From positions 1 to 32,000 of the forward strand of contig JAUSKK010000002.1 in assembly GCA_030649345.1 (NCBI GenBank): 32,000 nucleotides of DNA, read 5' to 3'. The position numbers were made by a program, and so were the translations under genes. Position 1 is the stretch's first letter. Every line of letters begins with the position of its first letter. This stretch comes from Candidatus Iainarchaeum sp. GTDB taxonomy: Archaea; Iainarchaeota; Iainarchaeia; Iainarchaeales; 0-14-0-20-34-12. Positions 18,200 through 24,547 of this stretch are shown here, piece after piece. The notes beneath the pieces were generated by a model. That model had not been told where the DNA came from and did no database searches. It saw nothing but the letters and a program-made list of their open reading frames with translations.

Positions 18200-18562
18200 T
18201 TATGCGTTTTCTTCAGCCCAATCTTTGTACTCTTTATCTTTTTTGAGTTTTCGAACCACAATCATGAATTCATCAAAGTCTAAAGTAGATTCAACCTCAA
18301 AAAATAAATCTTCGTATAAGTCTTTATCCGATAAATACGTCTGCCAATCATCAACTTTTTTAATTTTTGCAATTAAGTCTTTTTCGTCTGCAGATTTCTT
18401 TTCAGGTGTTCGGGTATCTTCTTCTTTTTCTTGAACAGTGTCTGCTTCTTCTTTTTCAGTTTCTTCGTCCATAATGGAAGTATCATCGTTTTCAGAATTG
18501 TCTTTTGCTTCATCTACTGAGTCTTCTTCAGTCACTGTATCTTGTTTGTTTTCTTCGCTCAT
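18200..18562 (-). CDS. Small, very acidic protein (120 aa), unknown function
   Basis: D/E-rich N-terminal two-thirds (EEDSVDEAKDNSENDDTSIMDEETEKEEADTVQEKEED). AGGTGG SD upstream. Ends 6 nt before thiE. Confidence 0.55.
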   Translation of the reverse strand: MSEENKQDTVTEEDSVDEAKDNSENDDTSIMDEETEKEEADTVQEKEEDTRTPEKKSADEKDLIAKIKKVDDWQTYLSDKDLYEDLFFEVESTLDFDEFMIVVRKLKKDKEYKDWAEENA

Positions 18563-18660
18563 CTAAGTTCCACCTACAATAAACTAAGCATCCAACTATT
18601 TAAAAATTGCACAGAACAGCATTTTGGCCTTTCTTTAACCGATACAAATACACATTCAGT

Positions 18661-19506
18661 TTATGCATCCGGCAAAAATTTATAATTGGTTTTTTTAACA
18701 TTAATATACGGAGTACCTTTTTCACTAACTGTGTTCAAACGAATGGTTCCCTGAATAACTGACTTTCCGTTCTCAAGCAAAGACTTTGCTTGAATTAATT
18801 GATATTGAGCAAAAAAGTTTTTTACAAACTCATTTTTGGGTTTTAAAAACAAATCAATCGGAGACCCTGCTTGTTCTATTTTTCCATCATTCATTACAAT
18901 TACCCAATCCGCTAAATAAAAAACATCATCTAAATCGTGCGCAACCCAAATTAATCCTAACTTTGTTTTTTTCCACAATTCTTTCAATAACTCTTTTATT
19001 TTTTCTTTCAATCCAGCATCCAAGCCATTCAAAGGTTCATCCAATAACAACAATTTGGGTTGAACAGCCAAAGCACGAGCCAAAGCAACTCTTTTTTTTT
19101 CACCGCCGCTTAACTGAATGACACTGCGATTATCCAAACCCAGCAAATGAACCAAAACCAATGCAGACTTTGTTTTTGCTACAATATTTTTATCCTGTTT
19201 CATTTTTAAGCCAAAAGCCACATTTTCAAAAACAGTCAAATGCGAAAACAAAGCTTCGTTTTGAAACACCAATCCAACTTCACGTTTTTCAGCTGAAAGA
19301 CTAGTGACATTTTTTTCGTCAAAAAAAATATTTCCTTGATCAGGAAATTCCAGTCCAGCCAACAGCCTTAGCAAAGTAGTTTTTCCGCAGCCACTGGGCC
19401 CTACAACAGCTGTTACTTTTCCTTCAGGAATTTCTAAAAAAACATTTTCCATTTTCCAAGAAAGTCCAAAATATGATTTGGAAAGATTTTCAATTTTTAC
19501 ACGCAT
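18661..19506 (-). CDS. thiQ: ABC transporter ATPase (thiamine/Fe3+/polyamine importer type)
   Basis: Walker A GPSGCGKTT, signature LSGGEKKRVALARAL, Walker B LLLLDEP. The start overlaps the thiP stop (TAATG). The symbol is assigned from operon context. Confidence 0.75.
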   Translation of the reverse strand: MRVKIENLSKSYFGLSWKMENVFLEIPEGKVTAVVGPSGCGKTTLLRLLAGLEFPDQGNIFFDEKNVTSLSAEKREVGLVFQNEALFSHLTVFENVAFGLKMKQDKNIVAKTKSALVLVHLLGLDNRSVIQLSGGEKKRVALARALAVQPKLLLLDEPLNGLDAGLKEKIKELLKELWKKTKLGLIWVAHDLDDVFYLADWVIVMNDGKIEQAGSPIDLFLKPKNEFVKNFFAQYQLIQAKSLLENGKSVIQGTIRLNTVSEKGTPYINVKKTNYKFLPDA

Positions 19507-21122
19507 TAAAACACCTGAACTTTAGAAGAATGTTTTTCAATAAAATAAAAACAAAAAAAGCTTAAAGCAATTAGCACTACGCCCATCCCGGCTGCAGCCC
19601 CTAAATCAAAATGACTCAGCATCCGGTAAACATAAACCGACATAGTTGGATAAATGCCATCGTACATTAAAAGCACAAAGCCTAGCTCACCTAAAGAAAC
19701 TGCAAACCCGAATGCCAAAGAAACCAAAACAGATTTTTTCATCAAAGGCCATTGAATAAATTTTAAAACCCGCCAGCGATTAGCTCCTAGAACACGCGCA
19801 GCCGCCAATTCATCCGGATCAATTTTAGAAATTGCATTTTGAAGCAAACGAAACGAAAAAGGAAAAACAAACACAGCATGTCCTAAAATAATTAACCAAA
19901 AAAATCCGGACCCAAAGCCTAACAAATACCCAAAGCCTAAAGTAATTGTAGAAACCGCCAGCGACCCGGATACGATTAGTGAAGTAAAACGAGTTTTAGT
20001 TTGATTTAAAACCGCCAATAAACCCAAAAAAACAGCTAAAACAGAAGCAGCTAGTGCAAAAAATAAAGTATACCCAATAGCCAAAACCGGTGTTGTTCCA
20101 GCCAAACTGGATTGCTGGGCAAAAAATATTTTTTCAAATGCTTTCAAAGTAAACGCGCCAGTATTTGGATCAGTAACTGCAAAAAGAATCAGAGACAGAA
20201 AAGGAAAAACAACCAGCAAGATTGCCAACAGTAAAATACTGACTTCAACAATGCCTTGAGCACTCAAAAGATTAATGTTTTTGGGTTTTTCTGAATTTGG
20301 CTTTTCAAAAATAATAAATTTTTTTGAAAAATAAAAATAAACGCCTGAAACTAAAACCAATACAAAAAATTGAAATACTGCCAGCAAAGATGCAGTACCT
20401 AAATTTAAGTTTTGAACAATTTGACGAAAGATTTCAACCTCAAATGTAGAAAACTGAATCCCGCCAAAAGAAAGTACAATTGCAAAACTCATAAATGAAT
20501 AAATAAAAACCAGCGAAGCACTGGCCAGAATAGAAGGAAGTAATTGAAACACAGTAATGGAAAAAAAAGTCTGAATTCGATTGGCGCCCAAAGTTTGAGC
20601 AGCTTCTTTCATGGTTTTATCTGAACTCTCCCAGGCAGTGGAAACAAATTTTGCAACCAACGGAAAATTGTAAAAAATATGAGCTAAAATAATTCCTTGA
20701 AAACCATACAAAAAATTGACAGGAACTTGAAATCCAAAACTATTTTGCAAAAATTGATTGATCCAGCCGTTGTTTCCAAAAACAAGTATAAACGAAATAA
20801 CCACTAAAATAGAAGGAAAAACAAACGGAATCAAAAACAAAGACTTAACGGCTTGCTTGAATGGAAAATTTCGTCGGGCAATCACAAAAGCAACTGGAAT
20901 TCCAACCAATACAGCACCCAAGGTTGAAACACTGGCTTGAAAAAAAGAATTTACCAACAAATATTTGCTGGAAAAAATTAAATTAAAAAATTGAACCAAA
21001 GCATCTGGTTGAACTTGAAGAGAATACACCATCAGCAATGCTAAAGGGTAAACGAAAAAAGTCAAAAAAAATAGTATTAAAAAAACTTTGGGAATTATCC
21101 AGAAGTCATAATTTTTTCCCAT
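19506..21122 (-). CDS. thiP: ABC transporter permease, duplicated two-module form (ThiP/FbpB-like)
   Basis: 538 aa and about 12 TM, consistent with a duplicated two-module permease of the ThiP/FbpB type. Lies between the binding-protein and ATPase genes. Confidence 0.75.
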   Translation of the reverse strand: MGKNYDFWIIPKVFLILFFLTFFVYPLALLMVYSLQVQPDALVQFFNLIFSSKYLLVNSFFQASVSTLGAVLVGIPVAFVIARRNFPFKQAVKSLFLIPFVFPSILVVISFILVFGNNGWINQFLQNSFGFQVPVNFLYGFQGIILAHIFYNFPLVAKFVSTAWESSDKTMKEAAQTLGANRIQTFFSITVFQLLPSILASASLVFIYSFMSFAIVLSFGGIQFSTFEVEIFRQIVQNLNLGTASLLAVFQFFVLVLVSGVYFYFSKKFIIFEKPNSEKPKNINLLSAQGIVEVSILLLAILLVVFPFLSLILFAVTDPNTGAFTLKAFEKIFFAQQSSLAGTTPVLAIGYTLFFALAASVLAVFLGLLAVLNQTKTRFTSLIVSGSLAVSTITLGFGYLLGFGSGFFWLIILGHAVFVFPFSFRLLQNAISKIDPDELAAARVLGANRWRVLKFIQWPLMKKSVLVSLAFGFAVSLGELGFVLLMYDGIYPTMSVYVYRMLSHFDLGAAAGMGVVLIALSFFCFYFIEKHSSKVQVF

Positions 21123-22120
21123 TCAACCATCCAGCCTTCTTGTTTTTCTGCAATCTGCTCTGAATTTAATTGGAGTATTTTTTCAGGCATAAACGCATAA
21201 TTTTCGAATGCTTCAGGCAAGTCTACAGCAGAATTAGCAGGATACATAAATTGAGTGAATGGAATTTCTTTCTGAAACTTTTCCGTTAAAGCAAACTCAA
21301 TAAATTGTTCTGCAAGTTTTCGTTTGGAAGTTCCTTTCACAATACCCAAACCTTCAATTTGAATGTAATGTCCTTCTTGAAACTGAGCAGCCCAATAATG
21401 ATTGATGTCTTCAAACTCAAAATAATACGGAGGAGAAGTTGCATAACTCAAATAAATAGGAACTTCCCCGGCACTAAACAAACCAGCACTTTCATCCCAA
21501 CCGGAAGTCACAGTCAATATATTGGATTTAAATGTTTGCCAAAATTCTTTGTATCCTGGATCACCGTAAACCGCAATAGTCCACAAAAGCAAACCCAATC
21601 CAGGAGAAGAAGTTCTAGGATTTTGAATTGCAATTTTTTTAGTTAACTCTGAATTTTTTAAATCTTCAAAACTGGTTAAGGGTGCATTAAGTTTTTCCGA
21701 ATCATACACAAATGCAAAAAAACCAAAATCATACGGAGTCAAATGATGGGTTGAATCAAACAATAAATACTCTGGAACTAAATTAATATTGCCAGGAGTA
21801 AAAGATTCTAAAATATCTGCACGCAAAGCTTGAGACAACATACTGTTATCAATTCCGATTACCAAATCTGCTTTAGGGTTTTGTTTTTCTAAAACAAGTG
21901 TGCTTAACATTTGCCCGGCGTCTCCTTTGGCCAGCATGTTTATTTTGCAATTGCAGTCTTGTTCAAATAAAGGAACAATTTTTGGAGCCAAACCATACTC
22001 GGAAACAAAACTATCATAGGCATAAATAGTTAAAACTGGTTTAGAATTATCTGAAACGGATTGAGTACAGCCTACTAAAAAAATAATCAAAAAAAATACA
22101 ATCCAAAAACGCGAATTCAT
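21095..22120 (-). CDS. thiB: Thiamine ABC transporter substrate-binding lipoprotein
   Basis: LTIYAYDSFVSEYGLAPKIVPLFEQDCNCKINMLAKGD...KADLVIGIDNSML resembles the ThiB/TbpA N-terminus, including the DCNC motif. Start set at ATG 22120 (MNSRFWIVFFLIIFLVGC lipobox), preceded by GAGG. Confidence 0.75.
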   Translation of the reverse strand: MNSRFWIVFFLIIFLVGCTQSVSDNSKPVLTIYAYDSFVSEYGLAPKIVPLFEQDCNCKINMLAKGDAGQMLSTLVLEKQNPKADLVIGIDNSMLSQALRADILESFTPGNINLVPEYLLFDSTHHLTPYDFGFFAFVYDSEKLNAPLTSFEDLKNSELTKKIAIQNPRTSSPGLGLLLWTIAVYGDPGYKEFWQTFKSNILTVTSGWDESAGLFSAGEVPIYLSYATSPPYYFEFEDINHYWAAQFQEGHYIQIEGLGIVKGTSKRKLAEQFIEFALTEKFQKEIPFTQFMYPANSAVDLPEAFENYAFMPEKILQLNSEQIAEKQEGWMVEWEKIMTSG

Positions 22121-22214
22121 GCAAGCCTCAGTCAATTAATTCTATGATTGGGTTGAAATCATTTTTATACAAATCGGTTTAAATTTGCAAATTTACGTCA
22201 ATATTAAATAAATT

Positions 22215-22310
22215 GGCTCAGAGTTGATGCCAGCTTGCGATCAAGCGTACCGCATGCATTAAGGTAGTTTACTGCTAACGTTCAACACCTCATAAATATG
22301 CTAAGACTCG
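22215..22310 (-). other. Degenerate paralogue of the downstream C/D sRNA locus (D box and terminal stem retained; C, D' and C' boxes lost)
   Basis: Shares GGCTCAGAGTTGA (22215-22227 vs 22479-22491), CCAGC, AAGGT.GTT and TTCAACAC(C)TCA(A)TAAATA..TAAGACT (22281-22309 vs 22624-22659) with the 22479-22659 copy. Confidence 0.4.
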
Positions 22311-22350
22311 GATTTAAGACAATAAAATAAATTGCGAGCAAAGCGAGTAC

Positions 22351-22390
22351 GTGCTGCTGAAGCGAAGCGAAAGCAGCACTATTTTCTTTT
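22351..22390 (+). other. GC-rich perfect 8-bp hairpin followed by a T tract (terminator-like or small structured RNA)
   Basis: GTGCTGCT (22351-22358), 13-nt loop GAAGCGAAGCGAA, AGCAGCAC (22372-22379), then TATTTTCTTTT. Confidence 0.35.
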
Positions 22391-22399
22391 GGGAACTTG

Positions 22400-22447
22400 C
22401 TGCAAAATCCTTGATTTTGCACATATGCAAAATTTTCAATTTTGCAG
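22400..22447. repeat. 48-nt near-perfect palindrome built from four alternating arms of TGCAAAAT/ATTTTGCA
   Basis: CTGCAAAAT ccttg ATTTTGCA cata TGCAAAAT tttca ATTTTGCAG. Arms at 22401-08, 22414-21, 22426-33 and 22439-46. Confidence 0.9.
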
Positions 22448-22478
22448 TATAGCTTTTCTTTTTCTAAAAGAAAAGATA

Positions 22479-22544
22479 GGCTCAGAGTTGAGTTATTTCA
22501 TCACCAGCGTTCACGCGTCAGAAGGTGTTAACATCATCATTGCC
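22479..22544 (-). ncRNA. Box C/D sRNA (2'-O-methylation guide), 66 nt
   Basis: The reverse strand reads GGCA-AUGAUGA(C)-UGUUAACACCUU-CUGA(D')-CGCGUGAACGCUG-GUGAUGA(C')-AAUAACUCAACU-CUGA(D)-GCC. Both guides are exactly 12 nt. GGC/GCC terminal stem. Oligo-T follows directly. Confidence 0.8.
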
Positions 22545-22566
22545 AAAGAATTAGTACATCGTACTC

Positions 22567-22579
22567 TTTTTAACTTAAA
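22567..22579 (-). promoter_or_regulatory. Candidate TATA box for the C/D sRNA
   Basis: Reverse-strand TTTAAGTTAAAAA, centred about 29 nt upstream of the sRNA 5' end (22544), the usual archaeal TATA-to-TSS distance. Confidence 0.35.
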
Positions 22580-22666
22580 TCATCAAAATTCGAATACTGA
22601 TCCCAAAAAAGATTAATTTAACTTTCAACACTCAATAAATAGGCCATTCAATAAGACTATAAAAAA

Positions 22667-23242
22667 CTATTTCGAAATCTTATAAATAACCTGCGGAAAA
22701 GTAATGGCTGGAAAAATAGAAGAACGCCATTCAATGATTTGAAAGTCAAAAGATTGTAAAAGGGCAGTCCATTCTTGTTTGGATTTAAAATAAAACGGAG
22801 TATGAACTTTAGCTAAAAAATTCCCAAGCCAGTCTGCAATTTTTAAAACACGCAATTCAAACTTGTTTTGATAATAATGATCTTTGATTAAAACAGATTT
22901 CTTGGCAACCCGCAAAGATTCCTTCAATAAAATCTCTGAATTTTGAGTATGATGCAGCATGTCAATCAAAAAAACAGAATCAAACGAATTATCTGGAAAC
23001 GGAAGTTTTTGCCCGTCAAACAATAAAACATTAATTTTAGGATTTTTGGCTTGATACACATCAACTCCAACCAATTCAAGGTTTAATTGTTCTTGAATTT
23101 TTTTAGACAACCTGCCATCGCCGCAGCCTACGTCCAAACCAGTACGTTCTTCTTCAATCAGTTTTTGAAAACCTTGAACAATGTTCTGGTCACGTTTTCC
23201 AGCCAAAATAGTTTCAACCAAATTCGAAAACAAGCCAGCCAT
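22667..23242 (-). CDS. Class I SAM-dependent methyltransferase
   Basis: Motif I LDVGCGDGRLS, with post-I/II pattern ELVGVDV and FDSVFLIDMLHH. Confidence 0.75.
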   Translation of the reverse strand: MAGLFSNLVETILAGKRDQNIVQGFQKLIEEERTGLDVGCGDGRLSKKIQEQLNLELVGVDVYQAKNPKINVLLFDGQKLPFPDNSFDSVFLIDMLHHTQNSEILLKESLRVAKKSVLIKDHYYQNKFELRVLKIADWLGNFLAKVHTPFYFKSKQEWTALLQSFDFQIIEWRSSIFPAITFPQVIYKISK

Positions 23243-23314
23243 GCAGAATTAGAAAAGCAAAAGAAATATAAAACAATTTTCAAGTCATTTAACAAACAAA
23301 CTTACTTTCCGCGG

Positions 23315-23785
23315 TTAACAGACTGCTTGGTTGTTTTTCTGCAAATATTTTTGATGATATTCTTCTGCTGGAAAAAATTCCTTGAATTCAACAATTTCAG
23401 TTACAATAGGTTTTGAAAATTTTTTTGACTGTGCAAGTTTTTGCTTAGATTGTTCAGCCAATTGTTTTTGTTCCAAAGAATGATAAAAAATCACAGAACG
23501 ATACTGAGAACCAATATCTGGGCCTTGCCGATTCATTTGAGTGGGATCATGGATATGCCAAAAAAGGTCTAAAAGTTTAGAGTACGAAATTTTTTCAGAA
23601 TCAAATACTATTTGCACAGATTCAGCATATCCAGTAGTTCCAAAGCACACCTGTTCATAGGATGGATTTACACCATGACCGCCGCAGTAACCAACAGTAG
23701 TTGAAATCACGCCCGGCAATTCATCGAAAGCTGATTGAATTCCCCAAAAACAGCCAGCAGCCAATGTAGCTTTTTGAATCGACAT
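23315..23785 (-). CDS. msrA: Peptide methionine (S)-sulfoxide reductase
   Basis: ATLAAGCFWGIQSAF..GYCGG...YEQVC.GTTGYAESVQIVFD..HDPTQ.NRQGPD.GSQYRS. Confidence 0.9.
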   Translation of the reverse strand: MSIQKATLAAGCFWGIQSAFDELPGVISTTVGYCGGHGVNPSYEQVCFGTTGYAESVQIVFDSEKISYSKLLDLFWHIHDPTQMNRQGPDIGSQYRSVIFYHSLEQKQLAEQSKQKLAQSKKFSKPIVTEIVEFKEFFPAEEYHQKYLQKNNQAVC

Positions 23786-23794
23786 AAAATTTAA

Positions 23795-24457
23795 TTACAA
23801 AAATCCAACTAAAGAAAATACTCCATAGCCAATGCTTAACACTGCAGCAATGGCTGTAATTCCTGTTTGAATTTTTTCTGAATGAATTTTTAACAAAGGC
23901 AAAGTCAAAATTATTGAAAATACAATCATGCCCAAAACAACACCTAAGCTAAACAAAAAGGTCCCCAGCAAAACACTTGCTAGAGACGTTAAAGTCAAAG
24001 TTACAGTCAGCAATAAAAGCAATTCATCATTGCTGGCTAAACCATGAATAATTCCAATCCAAAACATGTGCTGGTGTGCATGCTTAGAATCATCATCAAA
24101 AAAATGCAAGTGCGGATGAGAATGGCTTACAACTGAAGAATGGTCATGTTTATGAGCATGAGAATTTCTGTTTACATACAAGGCAAGCAAAGAAAATAAA
24201 CCCAAAGCAATTAACATAAAGCTTACCAGCAATTCAAAGTAAGACAAAATAAAGGAAAAAAACGTTTCTTTAAAAAAAAACAAAACAATCGTAATAGTTC
24301 CAGCAGTTAACATATGACCTAAAGCCCAAGACAAGCTTAGCTTAACTGCACTAACCAAAGATTTTGCTCTGGGCAAAAAATTGGAAACCGCCAGCAAATG
24401 GTCCGCGTCGTAACTATGTTTGAAACCTAAAGCAAAGGCAAACAAAAAAGGGAACAT
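23795..24457 (-). CDS. NicO/NiCoT-family nickel/cobalt transporter with a His-rich loop
   Basis: GFKHSYDADHLLAVSNF matches the HX4DH NiCoT signature. Central loop NSHAHKHDHSSVVSHSHPHLHFFDDDSKHAHQH. About 6 TM. Confidence 0.6.
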   Translation of the reverse strand: MFPFLFAFALGFKHSYDADHLLAVSNFLPRAKSLVSAVKLSLSWALGHMLTAGTITIVLFFFKETFFSFILSYFELLVSFMLIALGLFSLLALYVNRNSHAHKHDHSSVVSHSHPHLHFFDDDSKHAHQHMFWIGIIHGLASNDELLLLLTVTLTLTSLASVLLGTFLFSLGVVLGMIVFSIILTLPLLKIHSEKIQTGITAIAAVLSIGYGVFSLVGFL

Positions 24458-24547
24458 ATCAATCTAGGAACTACTTTAACACAATATTTAAATAAAGTGG
24501 CATTACTAATAATAATTTACTATTAAACGAATGTGTGAGTTAAACAA

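Noticed and set aside
22215-22260. Resemblance of CTCAGAGTTGATGCCAGC...CATGCA to the 5' end of 16S rRNA
   Set aside because: The similarity covers only a dozen bases and is not continued downstream. The same 13-mer is explained as the D box plus terminal stem of the C/D sRNA family on the other strand.
22121-22330. Possible TPP (THI-box) riboswitch in the leader of thiB
   Set aside because: I read the reverse strand upstream of the thiB ATG. It has no CUGAGA ... ACCUGAUCUGGAUAAUGCCAGCG-type core in the right order. The only CTGAG/GCCAGC-like strings belong to the sRNA-like repeat and are in the wrong order and orientation.
22351-22379. SRP RNA helix-8-like motif (GUGCUG...GAAGC...AGCAGC)
   Set aside because: There is only one short hairpin. 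The tetraloop closure and the asymmetric/symmetric loop pattern do not fit. The surrounding ~300 nt lack the GC-rich helices an archaeal 7S RNA needs.
22575-22600. Second C-box-like UUGAUGA on the reverse strand, upstream of the sRNA
   Set aside because: No CUGA lies 12 nt downstream, and there is no partner D box at a sensible distance other than the boxes already assigned to the 22479-22544 sRNA.
22581-22605. TTCGAAT (T-loop-like) string, checked as a possible tRNA
   Set aside because: No flanking T-stem complementarity, no acceptor/D/anticodon arms on either strand.
22332-22616. 94-aa ORF from the track (TTG start) in the noncoding island
   Set aside because: It runs straight through three perfect hairpins and lies antisense to the complete C/D sRNA. 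It has a non-ATG start and no SD, and its sequence is an odd mix of basic residues and low complexity. The region is better explained as RNA or structured DNA.
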